This document shows positions 37,019 through 47,343 of a stretch of DNA of 64,000 nucleotides, piece by piece. The first letter of the stretch is position 1. Each line of letters opens with the position of its first letter. A program made the translations under genes and the position numbers. The notes under the pieces are model-generated. The model was not told where the DNA came from and did not search any database. It saw only the letters and a program-made list of their open reading frames with translations. The DNA is from Pseudomonadota bacterium (GTDB taxonomy: Bacteria; Pseudomonadota; Alphaproteobacteria; Rhizobiales; Hyphomicrobiaceae): assembly GCA_038523925.1 (NCBI GenBank), contig JBCBIY010000005.1, forward strand, positions 27,716 to 91,715, given 5' to 3'.

Positions 37019-37138
37019 CTGGCAGAGGGGGTGGGATTCGAACCACCGCAGATCGCGTGTTCGCGATCTGCGCCGCGAAGAATCGTGGGTTCGTCCGAGA
37101 CCGTCAGTGTTGGGCGAAGCAAGAACCACAAATGAAAC
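37019..37138 (-). repeat. tandem unit U5 (tail subtype B), abutting the tRNA
   Basis: 120 bp, a 25/25 core and a perfect hairpin at 37047-37070. Its tail is the sequence that directly follows the genuine tRNA. Confidence 0.9.
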
Positions 37139-37228
37139 TGGCAGAGGGGGTGGGATTCGAACCCACGAGACGCGTGAACGCCTGCCGGTTTTCAAGACCG
37201 GTGCCTTCAACCACTCGGCCACCCCTCC
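37139..37228 (-). tRNA. tRNA-Ser (anticodon UGA), class II with long variable arm, CCA encoded
   Basis: The reverse complement reads GGAGGGGTGGCCGAGTGGTTGAAGGCACCGGTCTTGAAAACCGGCAGGCGTTCACGCGTCTCGTGGGTTCGAATCCCACCCCCTCTGCCA. It folds with a 7-bp acceptor stem (G1:U72), anticodon loop CTTGAAA, and T arm GTGGG-TTCGAAT-CCCAC. Confidence 0.9.
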
Positions 37229-37358
37229 AGAGCGCTTGCATCTAGCGGTGCCGCATGTCGCCCGCAAGCCCCGCGACGCAATGATCTTTACGCGGAGCTA
37301 ACCAACCACGTGCTGTGTTAGCTTGGTGTTTCCGAATCGGGCGGGGGCTCGGGCTTCG

Positions 37359-38006
37359 ATGCAGATCAGATTGGCGTTGGCAGCGCTGCTGTCAGGTTGC
37401 GTAATCGCGGCCGGTTGCTCGCGGAGCGCCTCGGTGCCGCGCGCGCCGGATCATGGTTGGACGCCACAGCAGCGGTCTTTGCCACCGGTCGCGCAGACAC
37501 CGTTTTCCGCGCGCCAATTCCCGACCGATGGGCTGTTGGCGGCACCCGGTCCGCGCATCCCGAAGGGCGGCGGCCATGCAAAAGTCGGCCGGCCGTACGA
37601 AGTCAGGGGCCGATGGTACACACCGCGTCCGGATCCGGACTACGACGAGGTCGGCATCGCGTCGTTCTATGCCGGCGACTTCCACAACAAGAAGACCGCC
37701 AACGGCGAGTGGTTCGACATGAACGCGCTGACGGCCGCGCACAAAACGCTGCCGCTGCCGAGCTACGTGATCGTCCAGAACCTGCAGAACGGGCGGCGGC
37801 TCAAGGTGCGCGTCAATGATCGCGGGCCGTTTGTGGACGGGCGGATTATCGACCTGTCGCGGCGCGTCGCGCAGCTCCTCGGGATGGAGCAGCAGGGGCT
37901 CGCGCGCGTGCGGGTGACGTATGCAGGCAAAGCGCCGCTGAATGGCTCTGATGCGACTGAACGGGCCTACCTTGCGAAACAGTCATGGGCGCGGCGCATA
38001 CGCTGA
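37359..38006 (+). CDS. rlpA: septal ring lytic transglycosylase RlpA-family lipoprotein
   Basis: Lipobox (LLSGC) and a DPBB domain (ASFYAGDFHNKKTANGEWFD...VRVNDRGPFVDGRIIDLS). Confidence 0.8.
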   Translation: MQIRLALAALLSGCVIAAGCSRSASVPRAPDHGWTPQQRSLPPVAQTPFSARQFPTDGLLAAPGPRIPKGGGHAKVGRPYEVRGRWYTPRPDPDYDEVGIASFYAGDFHNKKTANGEWFDMNALTAAHKTLPLPSYVIVQNLQNGRRLKVRVNDRGPFVDGRIIDLSRRVAQLLGMEQQGLARVRVTYAGKAPLNGSDATERAYLAKQSWARRIR

Positions 38007-38106
38007 CGTCGGTCGCCTCGGCAATCACAGCGCCGGGGTTTCGGTTGACCCTTATGCTGGCGCACGGGATAGTGCGCCGACCAATCACCAATCGAAGAGT
38101 GGACCC

Positions 38107-39300
38107 ATGATCCGTCAGGCTTCGCTTCCGCGCGTGCCGATGAAGGCGCTGGTTTTCGCTCTGTCCGCCGTTGCGCTCATGGTGTCGGGGACGGCGAGCG
38201 TCGCGCAGAAGTCCGGGTTCACGACCAAGGCGAAGCAGGCGATTCTCATCGATGCAACGTCGAACGCGGTGCTATTTGCAAAGAACGCCGATGAGCGGAT
38301 GTCGCCTGCGAGCATGAGCAAGCTGATGACGCTTGCCGTGATCTTCCGTGGGCTTAAGGCTGGGCAGCTTAAGCCGGACGACAAGTTCGAGATGAGCGTG
38401 AACGCCTGGCGGACCGGCGGCGCGCCGTCCGGCACTTCGGCGATGATGGTCCCGGTCAATACCGAGGAGACACTCGAGGAACTCGTCAAAGGGATCGTCA
38501 TTCAGTCCGGCAACGACGCATCGATTGCGATCGCCGAGGGGCTGGCTGGCAGCGAAGCCGAGTTCGCGAAGATCATGACCGAACAGGGCCGCAAGATCGG
38601 CCTCAAGAATTCGACGTTTAAGAACGCGACCGGTCTCTACGATCCGGAACACCTGACGACGGCGCGTGATCTCGCGATCCTCGCGCAGCACATCATCGAG
38701 ACCTATCCCGAGCGCTACAAAATGTTTGCGGTCAAGGAGTTCCCATACCGCAAGCACAAGTTCCGCAACCGTAATCCGCTGCTCTATCTCGACATCGGCG
38801 CAGATGGTTTGAAGACGGGCTACATTTCGCAGGCGGGCTACGGGCTGGTCGCAAGTGCCGTACAGGACGGCCGGCGGCTGATTGCCGTCGTCAATGGGCT
38901 GAAGACGCGCGCTGAACGCAAGCGCGAGAGCCGGCGGCTTCTCGAATGGGGGTTCCGCGGGTTTACGCAGTTCAAGCTCTTCAACGAGGGCGCGGTCATT
39001 GGCCAGGCGCGGGTTTGGGGCGGCAGTCAGTTCTTTGTCGAACTGACGGGTAAAGGTCCGCTGACGGTGGTGCTGCCGCGGTTTCCGGCAAACCAGAAGC
39101 TGCGCGCCGAAATTGTCTATGACGGCCCTCTGAAGCCACCGATCGCGCAGGGGGCCAAAGTGGCGCGGCTTCGCGTCAGGAGTTCTGCGGGCGCCGTCAA
39201 CGAAGTCCCTCTTTATGCCGCGACCGACATTGAAACCGCGGGCGTGGTGTGGCGCGGGCTCGATTCCGTGTTTCATCTCGCGTTTAGCTGGATTCCGTGA
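38107..39300 (+). CDS. D-alanyl-D-alanine carboxypeptidase (low-MW PBP, PBP5/6 family)
   Basis: Signal peptide and motifs SMSKLMT (SxxK), SGND (SxN) and LKTGY (KTG). Confidence 0.85.
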   Translation: MIRQASLPRVPMKALVFALSAVALMVSGTASVAQKSGFTTKAKQAILIDATSNAVLFAKNADERMSPASMSKLMTLAVIFRGLKAGQLKPDDKFEMSVNAWRTGGAPSGTSAMMVPVNTEETLEELVKGIVIQSGNDASIAIAEGLAGSEAEFAKIMTEQGRKIGLKNSTFKNATGLYDPEHLTTARDLAILAQHIIETYPERYKMFAVKEFPYRKHKFRNRNPLLYLDIGADGLKTGYISQAGYGLVASAVQDGRRLIAVVNGLKTRAERKRESRRLLEWGFRGFTQFKLFNEGAVIGQARVWGGSQFFVELTGKGPLTVVLPRFPANQKLRAEIVYDGPLKPPIAQGAKVARLRVRSSAGAVNEVPLYAATDIETAGVVWRGLDSVFHLAFSWIP

Positions 39301-39312
39301 CACAGAGCGCGA

Positions 39313-39954
39313 ATGGACGCGCGGCGGTTCATAACGTTCGAAGGCGGCGAAGGCGCCGGCAAGTCGACCCAGGTCGGCCTGTTGCGCGCGCGCTTGGCTG
39401 AGCTTGGACACGAGGTCGTCGTAACGCGCGAACCAGGCGGCGCGCCGTTTGCAGAACGTATCCGCAAGGCGCTGCTGACGCCGTCGGACAGTGCGCCATC
39501 TGCGCTGGCAGAAGCGCTGGCCTTCTACGCAGCCCGCGCCGAACATCTCTCGGCGACAATCCGACCGGCGCTCCAGCGCGGAGCAGTCGTCGTCTGCGAC
39601 CGATTTAATGACTCCACGCGCGCCTACCAGGGTGCGGCCGGTGGTGTCGCAGCAAACGTGCTCGACACGCTCGACCGGATCGTCGTCGGCGACACCGGTC
39701 CGGCTCTGACGTTCATCCTTGATCTCGCCCCGAAGGTCGGTCTGCAACGCGCCGACGACCGTCGTGCAGCCGACGTCGCCGACATGTTCGAGGGCCGCGA
39801 ACTTGCGTTTCACGAACGCCTGCGTGAGGCCTATCGTGCGCTCGCCGAGGCCGAGCCCGACCGATGCCGGCTGATCGCGGCGGACCGCGCGCCTGACGCG
39901 ATTGCCGATGACATCTGGGCTTTGGTTTCAGCGCACTTGGACATCGCAAAGTAA
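39313..39954 (+). CDS. tmk: thymidylate kinase
   Basis: P-loop FITFEGGEGAGKSTQ and DRF..ST.AYQG. Confidence 0.9.
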   Translation: MDARRFITFEGGEGAGKSTQVGLLRARLAELGHEVVVTREPGGAPFAERIRKALLTPSDSAPSALAEALAFYAARAEHLSATIRPALQRGAVVVCDRFNDSTRAYQGAAGGVAANVLDTLDRIVVGDTGPALTFILDLAPKVGLQRADDRRAADVADMFEGRELAFHERLREAYRALAEAEPDRCRLIAADRAPDAIADDIWALVSAHLDIAK

Positions 39955-41045
39955 TGGCGCGGCGCGCGCAGGTGCTCGAGGTCGATGCGGCGCCGGAAAG
40001 CGACCGTCTGGCGCCGTTTCCGCACCCACGACATACGACGCGGCTGTTTGGGCACGAGGTGGCCGCGCGCGAACTGGCCGACGCCATCGCCAGCGGCCGG
40101 TGTCATCACGCGTGGTTGCTTTCGGGGCCTGAAGGCATCGGCAAGGCAACGCTCGCATGGGCCGCAGCGACCTTCGCAGTTTGCGGTGGCGCGGCCGAAG
40201 GCGAGGCTGGCGGTCCGCTCGCGACCGCACGTGACGCGCCGGCCGCCGCACAAGTCCGCGCGCTGTCGTACCCGGGCCTGCTCCTCATTCGCATCCCCTA
40301 CGATCTGAAGGACAAGCGCTTCCGCACGGTGATCACCGTCGACGAAGTGCGCCGGCTGAAGGGGTTCCTCTCGCACACGGTCGGCGATGGCGGTTGGCGC
40401 GTGGTCATCGTCGATACCGCTGACGACATGAATATCGCGGCCGCCAATGCGCTTCTGAAATCCTTGGAAGAGCCGCCGCCGCGCACGCTGTTCTTTTTGA
40501 TCTCAGCCTCGCCCGGACGGCTGCTGCCGACGATCCGGTCGCGCTGCCGGACGCTGCAACTGGGCGCGCTCGGTGAGGCGGACCTGAAGGGGGCCGCTCT
40601 GGCGGCGATTTCTGCAAGCGAGGACGCGGTCGCAGCCGACGGTGCCGCGCTCGATGGCCTCATCGTCGAGGCAGGCGGCAGCGTGCGACGGTTATTGACC
40701 CTTGCCGCTGGCGCCGGTGCCGGGCTCGGGCCGGCCGTCTCGGGTCTGTTCGATCGCCTGCCAAACGTCGACTGGACGCAGGTTCACCGGCTGGCCGACG
40801 ACCTCGCGGCGCCCGCAAATGCTGCGCGTTATGATATGTTCTTCGCGCTGCTCCTTGATCGCCTGGCAGGCGACGTGCGCGGCGCCGTCGCAGGCGGCAG
40901 CCAACCCCCGGGCGCGCTTGCCACCCGCGCGGAGCTATGGGAAACCCTCGTCCGCGAAAAGGCGTCGGCTGACGCGCTCAATCTGGACCGCAAAACCCTT
41001 GTGATCGACGCCGTTGCCCGGCTGCAGGCCGCGACGGCGCGCTGA
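39954..41045 (+). CDS. holB: DNA polymerase III subunit delta'
   Basis: [17 protein letters not shown], a clamp-loader AAA+-like pattern ([15 protein letters not shown] motif IRSRCR). The start overlaps the tmk stop by 1 nt. Confidence 0.8.
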   Translation: MARRAQVLEVDAAPESDRLAPFPHPRHTTRLFGHEVAARELADAIASGRCHHAWLLSGPEGIGKATLAWAAATFAVCGGAAEGEAGGPLATARDAPAAAQVRALSYPGLLLIRIPYDLKDKRFRTVITVDEVRRLKGFLSHTVGDGGWRVVIVDTADDMNIAAANALLKSLEEPPPRTLFFLISASPGRLLPTIRSRCRTLQLGALGEADLKGAALAAISASEDAVAADGAALDGLIVEAGGSVRRLLTLAAGAGAGLGPAVSGLFDRLPNVDWTQVHRLADDLAAPANAARYDMFFALLLDRLAGDVRGAVAGGSQPPGALATRAELWETLVREKASADALNLDRKTLVIDAVARLQAATAR

Positions 41046-41089
41046 TGCGTCAGCACAGGCCACAGGGGCCGACAACGCCACCGGTGACC

Positions 41090-42655
41090 ATGTCCACCCG
41101 CGAGAAATTCTACATCACGACGGCGATCTCGTATCCGAACGGGCCGCCGCACATCGGCCACGCCTATGAGGCGATCACGTCCGACGTCATAGCGCGGTTC
41201 GCCCGCTGCGACGGCCGGGATGTGTTCTTTTTGACCGGCACAGACGAGCACGGGCTGAAGATGGTCCAGACCGCGGCGCGTGAAGGCCTCGATGTGCGCG
41301 CGCTTGCCGATCGTAATGCCGCGCGGTTTGAGGAGATGGTGCGAGCGCTTGGCGTATCGAACGACGCGTTTATCCGCACATCAGAGCCGCGCCACCACGA
41401 GAGTTCGCGCGCGATCTGGGAGCGCATGAACGCAACCGGCGACATCTACTCCGACCGCTATACTGGCTGGTACTCGGTCCGCGATGAAGCCTACTACGCT
41501 GAAAGCGAGACGACGGTTGGCGATGACGGCGTGCGCGTTGGGCCGCAAGGCACGCCGGTGGAGTGGACGGAGGAGGAGACGTTCTTCTTCAGGCTGTCGG
41601 CTTATGAGGATCGTCTCCTCGCGCTCTACGACGCGCAACCGAATTTCATCCTGCCAAAGGAGCGGCGCAACGAAGTCGTGAGCTTCGTCAAAGGCGGGCT
41701 CAATGATCTCTCGATTTCGCGGTCAACATTCGACTGGGGCATCAAAGTGCCGGGCCACGATGATCACGTGATGTACGTGTGGGTCGATGCGCTGACGAAC
41801 TACATCACCGGCGTCGGCTTTCCGGACGAACGGGCCGAGACCTGGCGGTACTGGCCGGCCGACGTACATGTGATCGGCAAAGACATTGTCCGCTTCCACG
41901 CAGTCTACTGGCCGGCGTTTCTAATGTCGGCCGGGCTCGAACTGCCAAAGCGCGTTTTTGCCCACGGCATGCTTCTCAGCCGCGGTGAGAAGATGTCGAA
42001 GTCCGTCGGCAATGTGGTCGATCCGTTCGATCTCATCGAAGCCTACGGCGTCGATCAGCTCCGCTATTTCATCTCGCGCGCGGTCGGGTTTGGCCAGGAC
42101 GGAAACTATACGCCCGAGGCCATCGGCGAGCGCATCAACGCTGATCTCGCAAACGACCTCGGCAATCTCGCCCAACGCTCGCTATCGATGATTGCAAAGA
42201 ACTGCGACGGCGCGTTGCCGGTGCCGGGCGCGCTGACGGCGGAGGACGAGGCGATCCTCGCAGCCGCCGACGCGCTGGCTGCAAAGGCGCGCACGGCGAT
42301 GGAGACGCAGGCGATAAAGGTCTACCTCGATGCCGTCTGGGATGTCGTCGCGGAGGCCAATCGATACTTTGCGGGCGAAGAGCCATGGGCAAAGAAGAAG
42401 ACCGATCCGGACCGCATGGGCACGATCCTGTACGTGACGGCGGAAGTTGTGCGGCAGGTCGCAATCCTCGCGCAGCCCGTCACGCCAACGGGAGCGGCAA
42501 AGCTCCTCGACCTGCTCGCCCAGCCGGAGGACCAGCGGACGTTTGCGCGTCTGGGTGCCGAGCATCGGCTGGCGTCGGGTCTCGCGTTGCCGAAACCAAC
42601 GGGCGTGTTCCCGCGTTACGTGCCGCCTGACGACGGGGATGGGGCGGCTGCTTGA
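41090..42655 (+). CDS. metG: methionine-tRNA ligase
   Basis: HIGH motif (PHIGHAY) and KMSKS (EKMSKSVGN). The start is at [18 protein letters not shown]. Confidence 0.9.
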   Translation: MSTREKFYITTAISYPNGPPHIGHAYEAITSDVIARFARCDGRDVFFLTGTDEHGLKMVQTAAREGLDVRALADRNAARFEEMVRALGVSNDAFIRTSEPRHHESSRAIWERMNATGDIYSDRYTGWYSVRDEAYYAESETTVGDDGVRVGPQGTPVEWTEEETFFFRLSAYEDRLLALYDAQPNFILPKERRNEVVSFVKGGLNDLSISRSTFDWGIKVPGHDDHVMYVWVDALTNYITGVGFPDERAETWRYWPADVHVIGKDIVRFHAVYWPAFLMSAGLELPKRVFAHGMLLSRGEKMSKSVGNVVDPFDLIEAYGVDQLRYFISRAVGFGQDGNYTPEAIGERINADLANDLGNLAQRSLSMIAKNCDGALPVPGALTAEDEAILAAADALAAKARTAMETQAIKVYLDAVWDVVAEANRYFAGEEPWAKKKTDPDRMGTILYVTAEVVRQVAILAQPVTPTGAAKLLDLLAQPEDQRTFARLGAEHRLASGLALPKPTGVFPRYVPPDDGDGAAA

Positions 42656-43470
42656 CGCTGATCGACCACCATTGTCACCTCGACTTTCCGGAGCTTGAGG
42701 CTGATCGCGCGGGCATCTTGGAGCGCGCGGCGGCGGCGGGCGTTTGCGCGATGATCACGATCTCGACGCGGGTCAAACAGTTCGATCGGCTGCGCGCGAT
42801 CGTCGAAGCGCATGACAACATCTTCTGTTCGGTCGGCACGCATCCGCATTATGCAGACGAAGAGCTGGACGTGACGGCAGACCATCTCATCCGGATGTCA
42901 GAGCATCCGAAGGTTGTCGCAATCGGTGAAGCGGGCCTCGACTATCACTACCAGCGGTCCAGCCCCGAGGGTCAGGCAGCAGGTTTCCGCACGCACATTG
43001 AGGCGGCCCGCGCCACCGGTCTGCCGCTTGAGATCCACGCGCGCGATGCCGACGCCGACACGATCGCGATCCTGGAAGACGAATACGCAAAGGGCGCGTT
43101 CCCGGCGATCCTGCATTGCTTTACCGGCGGCGCCGAACTCGCCCGCCGCGCCGTCGCCCTCGGCCTCTATGTGTCGTTCACCGGTGTCGTAACGTTCAAG
43201 CGCAGCGACGCGCTGCGCGCGATCGCAAACGATGTTCCGCTCGAGCGCATCCTTATTGAAACTGATGCGCCATATCTCGCGCCTGTGCCGTATCGCGGCA
43301 AGCGCAACGAACCCTCCTATGTTGCGGAGACGGCGAAGGTACTCGCTGAAGCCCGGGGTTTGACAGCCGACGCGTTTGCGCAGGCGACGACCGACAACGT
43401 GATGCGGTTGTTTGCCAAACTGCCGCGCGATCTCGTCCCGGCCCAAGCCAGCGCAGAGGCCGGCGCATGA
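42652..43470 (+). CDS. tatD: TatD-family metal-dependent hydrolase
   Basis: [24 protein letters not shown] and ETDAPYL. The alternative (TTG) start overlaps the metG stop. Confidence 0.85.
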   Translation: MTLIDHHCHLDFPELEADRAGILERAAAAGVCAMITISTRVKQFDRLRAIVEAHDNIFCSVGTHPHYADEELDVTADHLIRMSEHPKVVAIGEAGLDYHYQRSSPEGQAAGFRTHIEAARATGLPLEIHARDADADTIAILEDEYAKGAFPAILHCFTGGAELARRAVALGLYVSFTGVVTFKRSDALRAIANDVPLERILIETDAPYLAPVPYRGKRNEPSYVAETAKVLAEARGLTADAFAQATTDNVMRLFAKLPRDLVPAQASAEAGA

Positions 43471-44279
43471 GCCGCGCGCGCTTTACGATCCTCGGCTGCG
43501 GCTCGTCCGGCGGCGTCCCGCGCATCGGCAACCAATGGGGCGCGTGCGACCCTGAGAACCCGAAGAACCGGCGCCGGCGCTGCGCCGCTCTCGTCGAACG
43601 GTTTGATGATCGCAGTCGCACAACCCGCGTCCTGGTCGATACCGGCCCAGACATCCGCGAGCAGCTCTTGGCAGCCCGCATCAAGGAACTCGACGCCGTC
43701 CTCTACACGCACGATCACGCAGACCACACCCACGGCATCGATGACCTGCGCGTGCTGGTCTACCTGATGAAGCGCAAGATCGATGCGTGGTTTGATGTTG
43801 AAACCGGCCAGAGCCTGCGCGACCGCTTCGGCTATTGCTTTGAGACGCCGGAGGGGCGGAGCTACCCGTCGATCCTGACCGGCAACGTGCTGCGCCCTGG
43901 CGAGCCGATCCCGGTTGAAGGGGCGGGCGGTGCAATCACTGCACTGCCGGTCGAGCAGGAACACGGCAATCAGCCCTCGATTGGCTATCGCTTCGGGTCG
44001 CTTGCCTACTCACCCGACATTTCGGGGCTGAGCGATGAGTCAGTAGCGGCACTTGAAGGGCTCGATGTCTGGATCGTCGACTCGCTGCGCTACACGCCCC
44101 ATCCGAGCCACTTCACGGTAAAGCAGGCGCTCGAGTGGATCGATCGCCTCAAGCCGAAGCGCGCGATCCTGACCCATTTGCACGTCGATCTCGACTACGA
44201 GGCGTTGCGCCGCGAACTGCCATCGCATGTGGAACCGGCCTACGACGGCATGGAGATCGCATTCGATCCAGATCGGTGA
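43467..44279 (+). CDS. MBL-fold metallo-hydrolase (PhnP/GPP-like)
   Basis: ILGCGSSGGVP and the HxHxDH motif (THDHADHTHG). It overlaps the tatD stop. Confidence 0.75.
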   Translation: MSRARFTILGCGSSGGVPRIGNQWGACDPENPKNRRRRCAALVERFDDRSRTTRVLVDTGPDIREQLLAARIKELDAVLYTHDHADHTHGIDDLRVLVYLMKRKIDAWFDVETGQSLRDRFGYCFETPEGRSYPSILTGNVLRPGEPIPVEGAGGAITALPVEQEHGNQPSIGYRFGSLAYSPDISGLSDESVAALEGLDVWIVDSLRYTPHPSHFTVKQALEWIDRLKPKRAILTHLHVDLDYEALRRELPSHVEPAYDGMEIAFDPDR

Positions 44280-44332
44280 TGGTGAGGGCAGCCGGGCCGT
44301 CGGTCATGTGATCCGCCGAGCCCGGACAAGCC

Positions 44333-45268
44333 TTAACGGCGCACGGTGCGCTGTCGCTTCCCGCGTCGGGTCCGCAGTTGCCTCTTCTTGAGCGCCAGCC
44401 ATCGCCGGCAGCTTGGCCGGGCGAGGTTACAACGCACGCGGATGCGCGGCCGGGCGGGCCGGCGTTTGCCGGCGCGGCGAACGCGCTGTCCCTTTGGCAG
44501 CAACCCCGGCTTGATCTTGGTCTTTAAGTCCGGCGCGACCCGGATGTCGCGCGCAGCCCGCGCGATCAATTGCTTTGCCGTCAGCCGCGCCATGAACGGA
44601 TTGGCGCGAATGACCGCCCGCCCGAGCACCGGGGCGACGGGATCGTCCAAGCGCATGGCGAGCACCCGGGACGCAGCGCCTGCGCCGAGCAAATATGCGA
44701 GGCGGAGGTTCGGAAACGTCGGCGCGTGACCGTCGGCTGCGAGGATCGCTGCGTTCTCCTTGGTGTAAGCTTCCGCAGCCTTCCGCGAGATCGCCCGGTC
44801 GGTGCGCAGCGCCAGCACTTCCGCCGTCGTCTTCCCCTCGATGTCTTTGGGGTAGTAGCGCTGCATCACGTCGATAAACGTCGACTCGATGAATTGGAAC
44901 GGTCCGGTCGCCGTCGACAACGGGTTCTTGGCGTTGTTGCGCCCGCCGCTTTCGGCAATCATCAAGCGGTCGAGGAAGACAGCCATCGTGATTGTCTTGC
45001 CGTCGCTTTCCTTTGACGGCGGGGGCTTTGGCTTGGAGGCCTCGGGCTTAGCCTTATCCGATGCTGCAGGCTGCGCGTCGGAGCCACCGGGGGCGACGCG
45101 CCCGGTTTTGACGGGACGCGTTTCAAGCGTCTTCGATTTCTGGACGGGCGTTGCGGGCTCTTGCGCTGCAGCCGCGTGCGCCGCAGCTCCAATGCTGATC
45201 GCGATCGCCAATACGGCTGTCGAATACCACACGGCTGAAAATACTCTTCCGACGCTCGCCAGCACCAT
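44333..45268 (-). CDS. secreted lysozyme-like (SLT-type) domain protein with a basic C-terminal tail
   Basis: Signal-anchor N-terminus, a Pro/Lys-rich linker, an SLT-like core (IAESGGRNNAKNPLSTATGPFQFIESTF) and an Arg-rich tail. Confidence 0.5.
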   Translation of the reverse strand: MVLASVGRVFSAVWYSTAVLAIAISIGAAAHAAAAQEPATPVQKSKTLETRPVKTGRVAPGGSDAQPAASDKAKPEASKPKPPPSKESDGKTITMAVFLDRLMIAESGGRNNAKNPLSTATGPFQFIESTFIDVMQRYYPKDIEGKTTAEVLALRTDRAISRKAAEAYTKENAAILAADGHAPTFPNLRLAYLLGAGAASRVLAMRLDDPVAPVLGRAVIRANPFMARLTAKQLIARAARDIRVAPDLKTKIKPGLLPKGQRVRRAGKRRPARPRIRVRCNLARPSCRRWLALKKRQLRTRRGKRQRTVRR

Positions 45269-45468
45269 CCGCTAGCCCAGTGCCGCGGACGTTGCCTGCC
45301 GGGCGGTGTCGGGTCAACGGCTGACGGGCGTCTACGTTTAATCGGGTCTGGCGATATGCAGTCCGGCCTCTGAATGCCCAATCGTTTCGCGGCTGTTTCC
45401 CTGCGCTTGCCGATGCGCGCCGGACCCGTTAAGCCGCGTCGATCACAAGGTTAAACCGGAGCGCGGGC

Positions 45469-45756
45469 ATGCAGATCGACCAGGCGACCGTCAAGCGCAT
45501 CGCGCGTCTCGCGCGGATCGAGATCAGCGAAGCCCAGGCCCAAAGCCTCGAGGGCGAGCTCAGCAATATTCTCGATTGGGTCGAGCAACTCGACGAGGTC
45601 GACACATCTGAGGTCGAGCCGATGACGCAGGTCGTGCCGATGGAGATGAAAAAGCGCGCCGACGGCGTCACCGACGGCGAGATCCCGGACCGCATCGTCG
45701 CCAACGCGCCCATGACCGATGACGACTTTTTTGTCGTCCCAAAGATCGTGGAATAG
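45469..45756 (+). CDS. gatC: Asp/Glu-tRNA amidotransferase subunit C
   Basis: 95 aa, [23 protein letters not shown]...PMTQV. Confidence 0.9.
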   Translation: MQIDQATVKRIARLARIEISEAQAQSLEGELSNILDWVEQLDEVDTSEVEPMTQVVPMEMKKRADGVTDGEIPDRIVANAPMTDDDFFVVPKIVE

Positions 45757-45825
45757 CGCGCGGCGCTACTCCGCCGACGCCCGCCCGAAACCTCGCCTCT
45801 GCCTTTCAACGGACCGAACGAGACC

Positions 45826-47328
45826 GTGACAGATCTGACCAAGCTGACCCTGGCCGACGCGCGCGATGGCTTGCGCGACAAGTCGTTTTCCGCGCGCGAA
45901 CTTTGCGATGCGCACCTTGCAGCCGTCGAAGCGGCAAACCCGGCGCTCAATGCCTTCATCGAGGTTACTTCTGAGACGGCGCGGGCCGAGGCTGACGCGA
46001 GTGACAAGAAGATCGCAGCCGGCGACGCCGGGCGGCTTGAGGGCCTGCCGATTGGCATCAAGGATCTGTTCGCGACACAGGGTGTGCACACGCAGGCGTG
46101 CAGCCACATCCTCGATGGGTTCAAGCCGGAGTATGAATCGTTCGTCACATCGCAGTTGCGCGGTGCCGGCGCGGTCATGCTTGGCAAGCTCAACATGGAT
46201 GAGTTTGCCATGGGCTCGTCGAATGAGACGAGCTACTACGGGCCGGTGACCAGCCCATGGCGGCGGACAACGGCCGATGGCGCAACTGATGATGCACCGC
46301 TGGTGCCGGGAGGGTCCTCCGGCGGGTCCGCCGCCGCGGTCGCAGCCAACCTTTGCCTCGCGGCAACCGCAACCGATACCGGCGGCTCGATCCGCCAACC
46401 GGCAGCGCTCACTGGCACGGTCGGCATCAAGCCAACCTACGGCCGCTGCTCGCGCTGGGGCATCGTGGCCTTCGCCTCGTCGCTGGATCAGGCCGGCCCG
46501 ATCACGCGGACCGTCCGCGATAGCGCGATCCTGCTGCGCGATATGGCGGGCCACGATGCGCGGGACACAACGAGCGTTGATACGCCCGTGCCGGACTATG
46601 AGGCGGCGATTGGCGGCTCGGTGAAGGGGCTGCGCGTTGGCATCCCCAAACAATACCGCATCGACGGCATGAGCGCGGAGGCGGAAGCGCTGTGGCAGCA
46701 GGGCATCGCGTGGCTCGAAGCCGCCGGCATGACGACCCGCGAAATCGATCTGCCCCACACGAAGTACGCCCTGCCCGCCTACTACATCGTTGCGCCGGCT
46801 GAGGCCTCGTCGAACCTCGCGCGCTACGACGGCATGCGCTACGGCCTGCGCGTGGCAGGCGACGATCTCGTCAGCACCTACGAGAAGACCCGCGGCGCGG
46901 GCTTTGGTGCTGAGGTGAAACGGCGCGTCCTGATCGGGACGTACGTTCTCTCTGCCGGCTACTACGACGCCTATTACCTGAAGGCACAAAAGGTGCGCTC
47001 GCTTATCAAGCGCGACTTTGATCAGGCGTGGGCGGACGTGGATGTCGTGTTGACGCCAACAACACCTTCGGCGGCGTTCGCTCACGGAGAGAAAGCCGGT
47101 GACCCCATCGCGATGTACCTCGAGGACATCTTCACGGTGACGGCCAACATGGCCGGGCTACCAGGCATCTCGGTCCCAGGTGGGCTCTCGTCGAACGGGC
47201 TGCCCATGGGTCTGCAGGTCATTGGCAAGCCGTTCGATGAAGAGACGCTCTTTAAGGTCGGCGCGGTAATCGAGACCGAAGCGGGTCGGTTCGCGCCGTC
47301 CGAAGCCTGGTGGACACGCGGCAACTAA
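45826..47328 (+). CDS. gatA: Asp/Glu-tRNA amidotransferase subunit A
   Basis: Amidase signature [13 protein letters not shown]...[11 protein letters not shown]. It follows gatC. Confidence 0.9.
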   Translation: MTDLTKLTLADARDGLRDKSFSARELCDAHLAAVEAANPALNAFIEVTSETARAEADASDKKIAAGDAGRLEGLPIGIKDLFATQGVHTQACSHILDGFKPEYESFVTSQLRGAGAVMLGKLNMDEFAMGSSNETSYYGPVTSPWRRTTADGATDDAPLVPGGSSGGSAAAVAANLCLAATATDTGGSIRQPAALTGTVGIKPTYGRCSRWGIVAFASSLDQAGPITRTVRDSAILLRDMAGHDARDTTSVDTPVPDYEAAIGGSVKGLRVGIPKQYRIDGMSAEAEALWQQGIAWLEAAGMTTREIDLPHTKYALPAYYIVAPAEASSNLARYDGMRYGLRVAGDDLVSTYEKTRGAGFGAEVKRRVLIGTYVLSAGYYDAYYLKAQKVRSLIKRDFDQAWADVDVVLTPTTPSAAFAHGEKAGDPIAMYLEDIFTVTANMAGLPGISVPGGLSSNGLPMGLQVIGKPFDEETLFKVGAVIETEAGRFAPSEAWWTRGN

Positions 47329-47343
47329 AGCGTTGGGTTTCTC

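Noticed and set aside
36543-37138. Possibility that the regularly spaced array is a CRISPR locus.
   Set aside because: There are no unique spacers. Whole 119-bp units repeat, with only two tail variants. The repeat is tRNA-derived, and no cas genes or leader are present.
33190-37138. Calling the copper module, and possibly the genes beyond it, a genomic island integrated at tRNA-Ser.
   Set aside because: The location at the tRNA 3' side and the att-like repeats are suggestive. However, I see no integrase, excisionase, transposase or conjugation genes, I found no distal copy of the 25-nt core by eye, and I cannot compute composition shifts. It is kept as a hypothesis inside the findings, not as a mobile_element feature.
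36406-37267. Several 100-280-aa ORFs on both strands across the tRNA-derived repeat array, with repeating peptide segments such as GWDSNHRRSRVRDLRNKESWVRALPAVRRE.
   Set aside because: The repeat period (119 bp) is not a multiple of 3, so the same DNA is read in different frames in successive units. The ORFs also run through the genuine tRNA. They are artefacts of the repeat.
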